Counted from the first letter of the stretch, positions 30,768 through 41,390 are shown. The stretch: 64,000 nucleotides of DNA from Bacteroidales bacterium (GCA_035258345.1 DATEVU010000119.1:46487-110486); one strand, 5' to 3'. Numbers and translations are program-made. Notes: a model not told the origin generated them from the sequence alone.

Positions 30768-33581
30768 TTATGTTTTCTCCGGGAAGTAATTGTATTGCTT
30801 TAGCATGTTTTGCCTGGTACTGCCATCGGGACACTGCAAACCACAATATTTCCTCTTAAGTTCACATTCACATTTACGGAATACTTTACTGATCAGCTCT
30901 TCCTGGCTGATCAGGTGGAGTTTAAGCAGTCCTGTGGCAGGACTTCCGCTGGGTTGCCTGTATACCGGAATTATCACATGGTGCTTGAATTCATGTTGGA
31001 TATGCCGCCATGGTCCCATGTTGCCCGGTTCCTCCTGCACCCAAAGCGTGAGCATGCGGTTAGGATATTTTTTGATGATGTGGTCCACCTGGGCGGTGGG
31101 GAAGGGATGCAGCTGCTCAATGCGGACAAGGGCAATATCACGGGCTGAGAATTCTTCTTTACGGGCCAGCAGGTCATAGTATATTTTACCCGAACAAAAT
31201 ACCAGGCGACGAACCTCGCTTATATCCACATCGGTATCATCAATAACTTCCCGGAATTTCCCATCCGAAAGCTCCGAAAGCAACGACATGCACTTCGGAT
31301 GTCTCAGAAGGCTCTTCGGAGTAAATATAACAAGCGGCACCCTGAAATTACGGTATACACTCTGGCGCAGCAAATGGAAAAGGTTTGAGGGCGTAGTGGG
31401 ATTAACGATCTGCATATTGTTCCTGGCTGCCAGTAAAAGAAACCTCTCAATTCGCGCGCTTGAATGCTCAGGTCCCTGGCCTTCGAATCCATGCGGCAGG
31501 TATAGGACAAGGCCGTTCATCAAACCCCATTTCTCTTCGGCAGAACTTATATATTGGTCGACAATTACCTGGGCTACATTGGTGAAATCGCCAAACTGGG
31601 CTTCCCAGATCGTGAGACCGTTCGGGTTGGCTAGTGCATAACCATATTCGAATCCCAGCACTCCGTATTCATTCAGTAACGAATTGTATATGCTGAAACT
31701 TGCCTGGTTTTTCGAAACATGCTTTAAAGGAATAAATGTTAAATCGGTGTCTTCAATAACATGGGCGGCATGCCGGTGAGCAAATGTTCCCCGTATTGAA
31801 TCCTGACCGCTCAGGCGCACCGGATGCCCGTCGTAAACCAGGGAACCGTATGCCAGCAGTTCTGCCAATGCCCAGTCGATTTTGCCATTGGCCATCATCC
31901 TTTTTCTGTCGTCAATAAGCTTTACGGTCTTGTCGATGAACTTGTCCCCGGGTGGCAGGTAATTGATCTTTTCGCCAAGATACTGCATCAGTTCCGGGGT
32001 TATTTCATTGGGGTAATGCTTGTCAAAGTCCGACCGGCCGGCATGCTTAAATCCCTTCCAGTCGTTATGCATAAACCGTTGTATGTTTACTTTCCCCGAA
32101 CCTTTTGACAATTGAAGCTTTTCGTCCAGGAAAATTTCAAAATCCCTTTGCTGGGATGCAACTTCTTCGGCTGTGAAAACTCCCTGGCCGATGAGGACCT
32201 CCGCATAAATGTCTCTGGGATTCGGATGATTTTCAATGGCTTTGTACAGGGTAGGCTGGGTATACCTGGGTTCATCCCCTTCACTGTGCCCGTATTTCCG
32301 GTAGGACAAAATGTCGATAAAAACATCGGAATAAAAGGTCTGCCTGTATTCCATAGCCATTATCACTGTATGGATCAATGCCTCTACATCATCTCCGTTT
32401 ACATGGAAGATGGGTGCCTTGATCACCTTCCCGATATCGGTGCAATAAGTGCTTGAACGGGCGTCCAGGTAGTTTGTTGTAAACCCAACCTGGTTGTTGA
32501 TCACGATATGGATGGTTCCGCCGGTCTTGTACCCGTTCAATTCCGACATCTGAACAACCTCATAAACAACCCCCTGACCTGCAATTGCAGCATCGCCGTG
32601 TATAATAATCGGGGAAACCTTGGTAAAGTCGCCCTTGTATTTGTGGTCGATTTTGGCCCGTGCGATACCTTGAATTACAGGAGATGCTGCTTCGAGATGC
32701 GAAGGATTGGGAGCCAGGTTCAGCCCTACTTTTTTACCATTATCCAGTTCGATCTCATTGCAGTAGCCCAAATGGTACTTTACATCACCCAGGGATATGG
32801 CATCTTCGTATTCCTCAGCAGCAAATTCCTGAAATATATTTTCATAGGGCTTCTCCATGATATTGGCCAGCACATTCAACCGGCCACGGTGAGCCATACT
32901 GATGAAATACTCCTCGATGCCCAGTTCCGATCCTTTCTCAATGAGCCAGTATAAACCAGGGATAAGGGCTTCGGTACCTTCAAGAGAAAACCTCTTTTGC
33001 CCTACAAACCTCCTGTGAATAAAGTTCTCAAACCCAACGGCCTTTTTCAGATGCTTAAAGATCTTCCCTTTATCCGGAGTGCCAAAAAGGGTCTTATTCC
33101 TGGATGATTCAATACGTTTCTGCAACCAGTCGATCTTTTCAGGAGCCCTGATGAACATATATTCAGCGCCAACCGACTGGCAATATGTTTCCTGAAGGTG
33201 ATCCACAATTTCACGAAGGGATGCATTTCCTATTCCTATTTCAGTACCTGCATGAAATACTGTATTCATGTCGTTTTCCGATAACCCGTAATTCTCAGGA
33301 TCAAGGGTGGGGAAATATTGCCTGCGGACGCGTACAGGATTTGTTTCTGTGAATAAGTGACCTCTTTTGCGGAATGTATCTATGTAATTAAGTACCTTGA
33401 ATTCTTTGTCGAGATGCCCGTTGCCTTCCTCTGTACCAGCATAGAACTTCCTGGCAAAATCAAATCCCCTGAAAAAATTTTTCCAGCTTTCCTCCACCGA
33501 ATCCGGATTATCGAGATATTGCCTGTACAACCGATCGATTGATTCGATCTCACTGTTACCCATAAATGAAAATTGATCCAT
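30768..33581 (-). CDS. sucA: 2-oxoglutarate dehydrogenase E1 component
   Basis: Large ThDP-dependent E1o homolog. The ATG at 33581 (MDQFSFMGNS) matches the usual N-terminus. The track start at TTG 33623 would lie 6 nt from the -7 box. Confidence 0.93.
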   Translation of the reverse strand: MDQFSFMGNSEIESIDRLYRQYLDNPDSVEESWKNFFRGFDFARKFYAGTEEGNGHLDKEFKVLNYIDTFRKRGHLFTETNPVRVRRQYFPTLDPENYGLSENDMNTVFHAGTEIGIGNASLREIVDHLQETYCQSVGAEYMFIRAPEKIDWLQKRIESSRNKTLFGTPDKGKIFKHLKKAVGFENFIHRRFVGQKRFSLEGTEALIPGLYWLIEKGSELGIEEYFISMAHRGRLNVLANIMEKPYENIFQEFAAEEYEDAISLGDVKYHLGYCNEIELDNGKKVGLNLAPNPSHLEAASPVIQGIARAKIDHKYKGDFTKVSPIIIHGDAAIAGQGVVYEVVQMSELNGYKTGGTIHIVINNQVGFTTNYLDARSSTYCTDIGKVIKAPIFHVNGDDVEALIHTVIMAMEYRQTFYSDVFIDILSYRKYGHSEGDEPRYTQPTLYKAIENHPNPRDIYAEVLIGQGVFTAEEVASQQRDFEIFLDEKLQLSKGSGKVNIQRFMHNDWKGFKHAGRSDFDKHYPNEITPELMQYLGEKINYLPPGDKFIDKTVKLIDDRKRMMANGKIDWALAELLAYGSLVYDGHPVRLSGQDSIRGTFAHRHAAHVIEDTDLTFIPLKHVSKNQASFSIYNSLLNEYGVLGFEYGYALANPNGLTIWEAQFGDFTNVAQVIVDQYISSAEEKWGLMNGLVLYLPHGFEGQGPEHSSARIERFLLLAARNNMQIVNPTTPSNLFHLLRQSVYRNFRVPLVIFTPKSLLRHPKCMSLLSELSDGKFREVIDDTDVDISEVRRLVFCSGKIYYDLLARKEEFSARDIALVRIEQLHPFPTAQVDHIIKKYPNRMLTLWVQEEPGNMGPWRHIQHEFKHHVIIPVYRQPSGSPATGLLKLHLISQEELISKVFRKCECELKRKYCGLQCPDGSTRQNMLKQYNYFPEKT

Positions 33582-33628
33582 CCGGCTATTGAAATTTTGC
33601 TGAATAAATTGTAAACTTGACAACTATT

Positions 33629-33636
33629 CAAATTTA
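33629..33636 (-). promoter_or_regulatory. -7 promoter box TAAATTTG (minus strand) for sucAB
   Basis: The plus strand reads CAAATTTA, an exact TAnnTTTG on the minus strand, 48 nt upstream of the ATG at 33581. Confidence 0.45.
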
Positions 33637-33740
33637 CAAAACTTTTTAATATCGATATTGTTATCTCCGCTTAAGGTACTGATTATAACAACCAATATTG
33701 CAATTGGTTTTACACAGGGTTTAAATATCAATCGTATCCT

Positions 33741-34874
33741 ATGATGATTATTGGCTTGCTCAAGGAAAAAATGCCGGAAACCAGGGTGGCTCTTACTCCG
33801 GAAACTGTTAAAACGCTTATACAACAAAAGGTGGAAGTTGCCTTTGAACATGGGGCCGGAGACCACTCGTTTTTCAGGGATCAGGATTTTGAGCAGGCGG
33901 GGGCCAAACCTTACGGGCGGGACGAGGTATTTTCCAGGGCGGACTGTATCGTCACCGTTGGTCCTCTGCCTCCGGAAGAAGTTGCTGCCTGGGGGAACGA
34001 AAAGATCCTGATCGGTACCCTGGATCCATATAACGGTGAATCACTGATCAGGCAACTCGTTAAAAACAGAATTACTTCATTCAGCCTGGAACTGTTACCC
34101 CGCACTTCTCTTGCCCAGTCTATGGATGTCCTCTCCAGTATGGCCACCGTCTCAGGTTATCGTGCCGTGCTCGAGGCAGCCATGCATCTTCCCAGGTTTT
34201 TCCCCATGTTCATGACAGCTGCCGGTACCATTAAGCCGGCAAAGGTACTGATCCTGGGAGCAGGGGTTGCCGGGCTGCAGGCTATTGCCACGGCCAGGCG
34301 GCTGGGAGCTGTTGTTGAGGTGTTTGATGTAAGATCTGCGGTAAAGGAGGAAGTGCACAGCCTGGGTGCAAAATTTATTGAAGTGGAAGGTGCTGTTGAG
34401 GATAAGGGAGCCGGTGGATATGCCGTGGAACAGGCCGGTGATTTTAAGGCCAGGCAAGGCGAACTCATTCAAAAACATGCAGAAAAGGCGGATGTGGTTA
34501 TTTGCACTGCACAGATCCCCGGCAAAAAAGCACCCATTCTGCTGCAACGGAAAACCGTGGAGGCCATGCAGCCAGGTTCGGTAGTCATTGATCTTGCTGC
34601 CTCCTCCGGTGGTAATTGTGAACTCACCAGAAATAACGAACATGTGGTACACCATGGAGTCACCATTATCGGGCGGTCGAACTATCCCGTTTCATTACAG
34701 CTCGATGCAAGCCGCATGTACAGTAATAACCTGACCAATTTTACCCGATTGCTCATTGATCCGGATGGGGATCTCAAGCTGAACTGGAATGATGAAATTG
34801 TGAAAAATACCTGTCTGACCCACGATGGTGCCATTGTGCATGAGAAATTCAAATTACCGGATCAGCATTCATAA
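33741..34874 (+). CDS. pntA: NAD(P) transhydrogenase subunit alpha, part 1
   Basis: AlaDH/PNT N- and C-domains with the Rossmann motif LGAGVAGLQAIATARRLGA. Confidence 0.92.
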   Translation: MMIIGLLKEKMPETRVALTPETVKTLIQQKVEVAFEHGAGDHSFFRDQDFEQAGAKPYGRDEVFSRADCIVTVGPLPPEEVAAWGNEKILIGTLDPYNGESLIRQLVKNRITSFSLELLPRTSLAQSMDVLSSMATVSGYRAVLEAAMHLPRFFPMFMTAAGTIKPAKVLILGAGVAGLQAIATARRLGAVVEVFDVRSAVKEEVHSLGAKFIEVEGAVEDKGAGGYAVEQAGDFKARQGELIQKHAEKADVVICTAQIPGKKAPILLQRKTVEAMQPGSVVIDLAASSGGNCELTRNNEHVVHHGVTIIGRSNYPVSLQLDASRMYSNNLTNFTRLLIDPDGDLKLNWNDEIVKNTCLTHDGAIVHEKFKLPDQHS

Positions 34875-34891
34875 ATCTTTTATTTAATATT

Positions 34892-35215
34892 ATGGAAAAC
34901 ATCCTGGAGTTCATTTATTCATTCCGGCAGGAGATATTTATTATCATTCTTGCTGTTTTTTTGGGTATGGAAGTCATTTCCAACGTTCCGTCGGTGCTGC
35001 ATACCCCGTTGATGTCCGGTGCCAATGCCATAAGCGGTGTGATCATCATCGGGGGCATAATCCTGCTGGGACATGCCGACATGTCGAAAATCTCGGCACC
35101 GCTTATCCTGGGAATAATTGCGATTTTTTTTGCAACCCTGAACGTTGCAGGCGGTTTTGTGGTAACCGACAGGATGCTTGAAATGTTTAAAAAAAGAAAG
35201 AAATCCAGTAATTAA
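34892..35215 (+). CDS. NAD(P) transhydrogenase subunit alpha, part 2 (membrane)
   Basis: 107 aa with 3-4 TM helices, located between pntAA and pntB. Confidence 0.88.
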   Translation: MENILEFIYSFRQEIFIIILAVFLGMEVISNVPSVLHTPLMSGANAISGVIIIGGIILLGHADMSKISAPLILGIIAIFFATLNVAGGFVVTDRMLEMFKKRKKSSN

Positions 35216-35227
35216 AAGAATTTTAAC

Positions 35228-36643
35228 ATGCTTAACAATTCCCCCGACATCGGTATAATCATTCTCGATTTCAGTTACCTTGTTGCTGCCATTCTTTTTG
35301 TGATCGGACTAAAACTACTTAGTAAACCCGAATCGGCCAGGACTGGCAATTTATGGGCGGCAGCAGGAATGCTGCTTGCCATGGCAACTACCCTGTTGCT
35401 GCACCGTGATGTCCATGGTAATGGTATTCCGGTTCAGAATATCCTGGTTATATTGCTGGTTATTGCTGCCGGTACCGTAGCCGGATGGATAATGGCCCGC
35501 AAGATACGCATGACCGCCATGCCCCAGATGGTATCTTTTTTTAATGCCACCGGTGGTGCGGCTTCGGGACTTGTAGCCCTCATGGAATACGGGAATCCCG
35601 ATAATTCATCCAAGCTGGTCACCCTGCTGGGCATGACCATCGGGAATATTGCCTTCAGCGGAAGCATTATTGCCTATGGCAAGCTCGATGGAAAGGTAAA
35701 GGACTGGTTCTCTCCGGTGATGAAATACATCAATCTTTTTATGCTCCTGCTTACCCTGGCTCTGATAATTATTCTTATGCTTTCGGAAAACAGGGGCAGT
35801 TCGGCAAATGTGCTGGTTTACCTGCTTTTTGCAGTAGCGCTTGTTTATGGGGTATTGTTTGTGATGCCAATCGGCGGAGCAGACATGCCCGTGGTTATTT
35901 CGCTGCTGAACTCACTCACAGGAATTGCAGCTGCCATGGCAGGATTTATTTATAACAACCAGGCCATGATCCTCGGAGGTATACTGGTTGGCGCTGCCGG
36001 TACAATACTTACGGTGTTGATGTGCCGTGCCATGAACCGTTCACTGCTAAACGTCATAATTGGCGCTTTTGGTGCAGGTGCCGCTGCAGCCGGTGAAAAA
36101 ACCACCGGAACCATACGGGAAATATCCCAGGGCGACGCAGGCATATTATTAAACTACAGTCAGCAGGTGGTAATTATACCGGGTTACGGACTGGCAGCTG
36201 CCCAGGCACAGCATGTTTGCAGTGAGCTGGATAAGTTACTGACTGACAGGGGTGTGGAAGTCAAATATGCCATTCACCCGGTAGCCGGCCGTATGCCGGG
36301 GCATATGAACGTATTGCTCGCAGAAGCCCATGTTCCTTATGAAAAGCTTGTGGAAATGGATCATATCAATCCCGATATGCCCAATGTAGATGTTGCCGTT
36401 GTTATTGGTGCAAATGATGTCGTTAATCCGGCTGCGCTGAATGATCCGTCGGCCCCAATCTATGGAATGCCCATTATTCACGCCCATGAGGCAAAAAATA
36501 TCATTGTTATCAAGAGGGGAATGGGTAAAGGGTATGCTGCCATTGAAAATGAGCTGTTCTTCCATGAAAAGACCAGGATGCTTTTTGGCAATGCAAAGGA
36601 TGTGCTCCAGAAACTGGTTGCCGAGATTAAAAGTATGGAGTAG
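35228..36643 (+). CDS. pntB: NAD(P) transhydrogenase subunit beta
   Basis: N-terminal polytopic domain plus a C-terminal NADP(H)-binding dIII domain (GYGLAAAQAQH, HPVAGRMPGHMNVLLAEA, GANDVVNPAA). Confidence 0.93.
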   Translation: MLNNSPDIGIIILDFSYLVAAILFVIGLKLLSKPESARTGNLWAAAGMLLAMATTLLLHRDVHGNGIPVQNILVILLVIAAGTVAGWIMARKIRMTAMPQMVSFFNATGGAASGLVALMEYGNPDNSSKLVTLLGMTIGNIAFSGSIIAYGKLDGKVKDWFSPVMKYINLFMLLLTLALIIILMLSENRGSSANVLVYLLFAVALVYGVLFVMPIGGADMPVVISLLNSLTGIAAAMAGFIYNNQAMILGGILVGAAGTILTVLMCRAMNRSLLNVIIGAFGAGAAAAGEKTTGTIREISQGDAGILLNYSQQVVIIPGYGLAAAQAQHVCSELDKLLTDRGVEVKYAIHPVAGRMPGHMNVLLAEAHVPYEKLVEMDHINPDMPNVDVAVVIGANDVVNPAALNDPSAPIYGMPIIHAHEAKNIIVIKRGMGKGYAAIENELFFHEKTRMLFGNAKDVLQKLVAEIKSME

Positions 36644-37592
36644 GGGTAAGGAAGTTCTTTACATAATCATTCACCCCGTCTTCGAGGGAATGAAATTCCG
36701 CTTTATAACCGGCATTTCGTAATTTTTCCATTTTGGCTTCCGTGAAATACTGGTATTTATCGCGGATGTCCTCCGGTGTATCTATAAACGCAATAACAGG
36801 TTCCAGTTTCATAGCGCTGAAGGTGGCATTTGTGAGGTCCATGAATGTTCTTGCCCGTCCTGTACCCAGATTATAAATGCCCGGATAGGGCCGGTTCCTG
36901 TACATAAAAAATAATACTTCCGTCACATCCTTTACATAAATGAAATCACGCATCTGCCCTCCGTTGGGGATTTCAGGTTTGTGCGACCGGAATAGCTTCA
37001 TCATTCCCGTTCGCCTTATCTGATTGTATGCATGGAAGACCACTGATGCCATGCGGTCCTTATGATATTCATCGGGACCATACACGTTGAAAAACTTAAA
37101 TCCTGCCCAGAAAGGAGGCGCTTTTTCACGGGAGATAACCCATTTGTCAAATTCGTTCTTTGATTCTCCGTAGGGATTGAGCGGTTTCAGCGAAGGAATT
37201 ATGTCATGATCATCGCGATAACCCAGTTCTCCCAAACCATAGGTGGCAGCTGAAGAGGCATAAATGACAGGGATATTGTAGGTAAGACAGGCTGACCACA
37301 GCCGTATGGAATAATTCAGATTTAAACGGTCAAATACGGCTTTGTCAAATTCAGCGGTATTTGTCCTTGCCCCCAGGTGAAATACAAATTCTACCTGGCG
37401 ATGGTTCAGGTCCAGCCAATTGAAAAAATCATCGCGGTGAACCTTAGCTGAAAATTTCCTGTGAATCAGATTTTTATTCTTGCGATCATTGCTAAAATCA
37501 TCCACCAGCACCAGGTCCTGTATCCCGTTGTTGTTCAGTAATCCGGCCAGGTTACTGCCAATAAATCCGGCTGCACCGGTAACAGCAATCAT
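36627..37592 (-). CDS. hldD: ADP-L-glycero-D-manno-heptose 6-epimerase
   Basis: GAAGFIGSN Rossmann motif, plus blocks shared with E. coli HldD (YASSAATYG, FNVYGP.E.HK..MASV, RDFIYV.DV, NLGTGRA). Confidence 0.8.
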   Translation of the reverse strand: MIAVTGAAGFIGSNLAGLLNNNGIQDLVLVDDFSNDRKNKNLIHRKFSAKVHRDDFFNWLDLNHRQVEFVFHLGARTNTAEFDKAVFDRLNLNYSIRLWSACLTYNIPVIYASSAATYGLGELGYRDDHDIIPSLKPLNPYGESKNEFDKWVISREKAPPFWAGFKFFNVYGPDEYHKDRMASVVFHAYNQIRRTGMMKLFRSHKPEIPNGGQMRDFIYVKDVTEVLFFMYRNRPYPGIYNLGTGRARTFMDLTNATFSAMKLEPVIAFIDTPEDIRDKYQYFTEAKMEKLRNAGYKAEFHSLEDGVNDYVKNFLTPTPYF

Positions 37593-37651
37593 TGAAGGGT
37601 ACTTTAATTATAGTATGGCAAAGAAAACAAATATTTTCCGGTTTCATGAGG

Positions 37652-38341
37652 TCAGTCCGCACGCAATTCTTCGAGAATGTCGATTACCGTGTCAGTAAGA
37701 TTTTTAATGGCAAGGGGAAGATTCCAGTTGTCCACCTTTCGTATTTCCGTGAAATAGGAAACAGCCCGTATCTGCAAAAACGGTACTTTTTCCATCAGGC
37801 AAACAAAGAAAAAGGCCGCCCCTTCCATGGTCACTATTTCACATTTGAACTTGCTCTTAATTTTCTGAATGTTTTCCTGTTTCCCGTGCAACGTGTTTAC
37901 AGTAATACTTTTCACGGGGATCAGTGATTCAATGGTATCGATTTCGAAATTTCCCAGACTGCGCAGAATTTCTCCCGTAAAAGGAAATGAATCCTCATCC
38001 AGCATTTCTTTTTCACCCAGGGTGAAAAAAGAGTCCTTCTCTTCAAAACCCAGATCGGCAAACTGATCATGAACCACATTTACCACGAACCCAAGTTCAA
38101 GGAAATAATCAAAACTTCCCGCAATACCCAGGTTAATAGCCAGGTCGTAACTCAACGAATCCAGGGTCTTGGTAAGATGATGGGCCATAAAAACACTGCC
38201 ATGCCCGGTTACCAGAATATCAATATCCAGTGTTCCCAGCCTGTAATTGAAGAGGTTATAGTTTATTTTTGTAACAAAGGTCAGTTTGTCGCGAACCAGT
38301 TTAACTTCATTATTCGACGCCGTGACAAGCAGGATTTTCAT
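37652..38341 (-). CDS. PNP_UDP_1-family nucleosidase, futalosine hydrolase (MqnB)-like
   Basis: 229 aa with motifs GIAGS, TMEGAAFF and IRAVSYF. Size and motifs fit MqnB/MTA-nucleosidase relatives. Confidence 0.5.
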   Translation of the reverse strand: MKILLVTASNNEVKLVRDKLTFVTKINYNLFNYRLGTLDIDILVTGHGSVFMAHHLTKTLDSLSYDLAINLGIAGSFDYFLELGFVVNVVHDQFADLGFEEKDSFFTLGEKEMLDEDSFPFTGEILRSLGNFEIDTIESLIPVKSITVNTLHGKQENIQKIKSKFKCEIVTMEGAAFFFVCLMEKVPFLQIRAVSYFTEIRKVDNWNLPLAIKNLTDTVIDILEELRAD

Positions 38342-38380
38342 AGCACTCTTATTTTTTCTGATAGAGAAACAAAAAGTTTC

Positions 38381-38388
38381 TAAATTTG
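38381..38388 (+). promoter_or_regulatory. -7 promoter box TAAATTTG upstream of folE
   Basis: Exact TAnnTTTG match, 89 nt upstream of the folE ATG (a long leader). Confidence 0.35.
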
Positions 38389-38476
38389 TCTATGACCATG
38401 TGGTTTTAAAGATATGACTTTTTAATACGAGTTGCATTAAAATATTGCCAGGATCATTTTATATAAGCTAAACACT

Positions 38477-39115
38477 ATGGATGAACATAAGCATGTAATT
38501 GAAGGCATTGCCGAAGCTGGTTTTGAACGGATTGACAAGTTTAACGGGCGAAAGACCAAATCTATTGCATCATTATACCGGAAAGTACTCACAAACCTCG
38601 GAGAGGATCCCTGCCGTGAGGGACTCATTGATACTCCCGAACGGGTGGCAAAGGCCATGCAGTATTTTACGCATGGTTATTTTATTAAACCCGAAGAAAT
38701 TCTTGGGGCGTCACTATTTCATGAAGATTATCAACAAATGGTCCTGGTAAAGGATATTGAACTATATTCCTTATGCGAGCATCATATGGTGCCTTTTTTT
38801 GGAAAGGCGCATGTGGCATATATCCCCGATGGCTATATAACCGGCCTGAGCAAAATTGCACGCGTGGTGGATGCCTATGCCAGGAGACTGCAGGTTCAGG
38901 AAAGGCTTACCGTGCAAATCCGCGATTGCATCCAGGACACGCTAAATCCGTTAGGAGTTGCCGTTGTTATAGAGGCTAAACACCTGTGCATGGTTATGCG
39001 GGGAGTCCAAAAACAAAACTCTGTGACCACTACTTCTGCATTTACAGGGTGTTTTCTGAATGATAACCGTACGCGCGAAGAGTTCATCCACATGATCGGT
39101 GTGAAACTGCATTAA
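38477..39115 (+). CDS. folE: GTP cyclohydrolase I (FolE)
   Basis: 212 aa with [20 protein letters not shown] and the QVQERLT motif. Confidence 0.94.
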   Translation: MDEHKHVIEGIAEAGFERIDKFNGRKTKSIASLYRKVLTNLGEDPCREGLIDTPERVAKAMQYFTHGYFIKPEEILGASLFHEDYQQMVLVKDIELYSLCEHHMVPFFGKAHVAYIPDGYITGLSKIARVVDAYARRLQVQERLTVQIRDCIQDTLNPLGVAVVIEAKHLCMVMRGVQKQNSVTTTSAFTGCFLNDNRTREEFIHMIGVKLH

Positions 39116-39333
39116 CCTTCGCCTGCTTACCGCGGCTGAACAAAAATATTCCCTGCTTGTTATCAACGGTATCTTGTTTTTCTGTGGACTTATCCTGTTA
39201 TTTATACTCTTTTTTTGATCAGGATATAACCAAAACCCATATTTTGCCGTACAAGATTGAGTTTCTGAAACTATTAACAACAAAACGGGGATGCCGAAAA
39301 CCTTAGAGTAGGCAACAATAAAAAAATCAAAAC

Positions 39334-39978
39334 ATGAAAAATTTAGGTAAAGTATTAATTATTAGCATATTAACACTTATTGGCATGCAAACATTTGCCC
39401 AAAAAATTGGGGTTCAGGGCGGTATCAACCTGGCAAATATATTGGCCAAAGATGATGATGACACGTATAGTGATGATTTTGAAGTGAATCTGGGATTTAA
39501 CGGCGGTGTTACACTGGAAGTTGGACTTGGCGATTTACTTTCCGTGGAAGCTGCGGTAATGGCTAACTCAAAAGGATTTAAAATGAAAGAGGAGTTTCTT
39601 GGAATCGAATTCACCACCCGGGCTAACCTTTTGTATCTGGATGTTCCGGTTCTGGTAAAGGTTGGACCTTCATTCGGTCCGGTGAAAGTATTCGCTGCCG
39701 CAGGACCCTATATCGGTTATGGAATAAGCGGAAAGCTTAAATATGAAGCCGAGGGCGAAAGTGATACCGAGGATGTAGAGTGGGGCGATTCGGAAGATGA
39801 TTATCTAAAGAGAATGGATTTCGGGGCTAAATTTGGAGCTGGACTTGAGGCTATGGGCTTTACCATTGGTGCATATTATTCACTGGGATTGGCAAACATT
39901 TCTCCGATAACCGATAACGGTGCAAAAATCAACCACAAGGTTATCAGTTTATCCTTGGGTTACAAATTCGGAAAGTAA
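39334..39978 (+). CDS. Outer-membrane beta-barrel (porin-family/OmpA-like barrel) protein
   Basis: Signal peptide ending FAQ, alternating strand pattern, and a C-terminal ISLSLGYKFGK. Confidence 0.7.
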   Translation: MKNLGKVLIISILTLIGMQTFAQKIGVQGGINLANILAKDDDDTYSDDFEVNLGFNGGVTLEVGLGDLLSVEAAVMANSKGFKMKEEFLGIEFTTRANLLYLDVPVLVKVGPSFGPVKVFAAAGPYIGYGISGKLKYEAEGESDTEDVEWGDSEDDYLKRMDFGAKFGAGLEAMGFTIGAYYSLGLANISPITDNGAKINHKVISLSLGYKFGK

Positions 39979-39998
39979 TGTTTTCAGAATGATACAAT

Positions 39999-40029
39999 AA
40001 AAAAATGGCGGAAATTTCCGCCATTTTTT
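39999..40029. terminator. Bidirectional intrinsic terminator (perfect palindrome AAAAAAATGGCGGAAATTTCCGCCATTTTTT)
   Basis: A GC-containing stem flanked by an A7 run and a T6 run, lying between convergent genes that end at 39978 and 40056. Confidence 0.85.
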
Positions 40030-40055
40030 GTTATATATTATTTAAGATTAGCGAT

Positions 40056-41390
40056 TTATCTGTGCTTGCTTCCCACCAGGGCAAAGAATGCTATATATAC
40101 ATAACAGATCACCGGGAGGATAAATGCGTACCGGACACTCCAACCGTCAGCTATAGCACCCATAAGCAGGGGTATCACGGCCCCACCCACAATAAGTGTG
40201 TTGATCACACCGGAGGCCATACTCATTTCACTCCTGTCAAGTCCGTCAACACTCAGGGCAAAAATATTCGGGAACATTACGGAGTTAAAGAAACCGATTG
40301 AAATAACCGCCCACATGGCAACCATTCCTGTAGTGCCCATGGTGACTAATTCGAGGATTGCGGCCAGGGCAGCAAAGACTGCCAGAGTGATGCTGGTTTT
40401 GCTTCTGCCAAGCTGCATGGCAAGAAAGTTAACCACCGAAATGCCCATAAATATCAAACCGCCGTTCACACTGCGTTCCGTGATATACCAGCCTGCGACG
40501 AACGCAAAAATCACAACCAAAATTACATATGTATATTTTTTAGTAGAATCTGTAATATTCGAAAGCATGATGGATCCGAAGAATCGGCCAATCATGGCGC
40601 CTCCCCAATATATCGCCGCATATTTGGCAGCAATGGCAGGTGTTAATCCACCCAACCCGGGAGCAGTTAAATAGGGGACAATCATGGCAGCCGTACCAAC
40701 CTCAGCACCCACATAGAAGAAGATCGCCAGAGCGCCCAATATCACGTGGGGATACTTCCAGATGCTCTTTTTTTGTTCACCTTTGGTGGATATTTCGGGC
40801 AGTTTTAAAAAGAAAATTCCAATGCCGATCAGAATCACCAGTGTACCAATTACAAGAAACGGTACCTGTACGGCCTTGGCACCCATGGCGGTTCCTGCGG
40901 CTGTGAATACAAATACACCCAGGATCAGGGGGGCAATTGTTGTTCCGATAGAATTGAGGGCCTGGGTTAAATTCAAACGTCCTGAGGCAGTCTCAGAGGA
41001 GCCCAAAGCCGCAACATACGGGTTGGCTGCTGTTTGAAGGAAAACAACCCCTGAAGCCATAATAAAAATGGCTACCAGAAAGAAAGGATAGGAAGGTATA
41101 TTTGCTGCCGGAAAAAACAGGTAGCTTCCGATACCCACAGCAAACAAACCCAGAATAACTCCCATTTTATAACCAATTTTCTTAATGATGGTGCCACTCG
41201 CAAAGGACAAAAGAAAATAAGTAAGGAAAAACACCCCGTTCACCATCTGAGCCATAAACTCACTGAGTTGAAATACTTCCTTTACTTTTGCGCTAAGGGT
41301 AATGTTAAATGTGGTTACAAAACCAAAAATGAAAAAAATCATTGACATGAATGTCATCCCAACCGCTAATGAATTTTTCTGCTGTGTCAT
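40056..41390 (-). CDS. Sugar MFS transporter (FucP / glucose-galactose permease family)
   Basis: 444 aa, 12 TM helices, resembling fucose/glucose-galactose:H+ symporters. Confidence 0.75.
   Translation of the reverse strand: MTQQKNSLAVGMTFMSMIFFIFGFVTTFNITLSAKVKEVFQLSEFMAQMVNGVFFLTYFLLSFASGTIIKKIGYKMGVILGLFAVGIGSYLFFPAANIPSYPFFLVAIFIMASGVVFLQTAANPYVAALGSSETASGRLNLTQALNSIGTTIAPLILGVFVFTAAGTAMGAKAVQVPFLVIGTLVILIGIGIFFLKLPEISTKGEQKKSIWKYPHVILGALAIFFYVGAEVGTAAMIVPYLTAPGLGGLTPAIAAKYAAIYWGGAMIGRFFGSIMLSNITDSTKKYTYVILVVIFAFVAGWYITERSVNGGLIFMGISVVNFLAMQLGRSKTSITLAVFAALAAILELVTMGTTGMVAMWAVISIGFFNSVMFPNIFALSVDGLDRSEMSMASGVINTLIVGGAVIPLLMGAIADGWSVRYAFILPVICYVYIAFFALVGSKHR

Noticed and set aside
33624-33866. 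80-aa minus-strand ORF in the sucA/pntA divergent region.
   Set aside because: It starts with GTG inside the 5' end of pntAA on the opposite strand and runs through the promoter region. It shows no homology signal.
36627-36643. Convergent 3' overlap of pntB and hldD (17 nt). In the same category, nitroreductase and sucB abut with zero gap (29522/29523), and secA and dapA are separated by only 7 nt.
   Set aside because: These are real features of the sequence, but tight convergent packing is common in compact genomes. No additional structure was seen at these junctions, so they are noted here rather than listed as findings.
40005-40301. 98-aa plus-strand ORF starting at ATGGCGGAAATTTCCGCC.
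   Set aside because: Its ATG lies inside the terminator palindrome, and the rest is antisense to the sugar MFS transporter gene.
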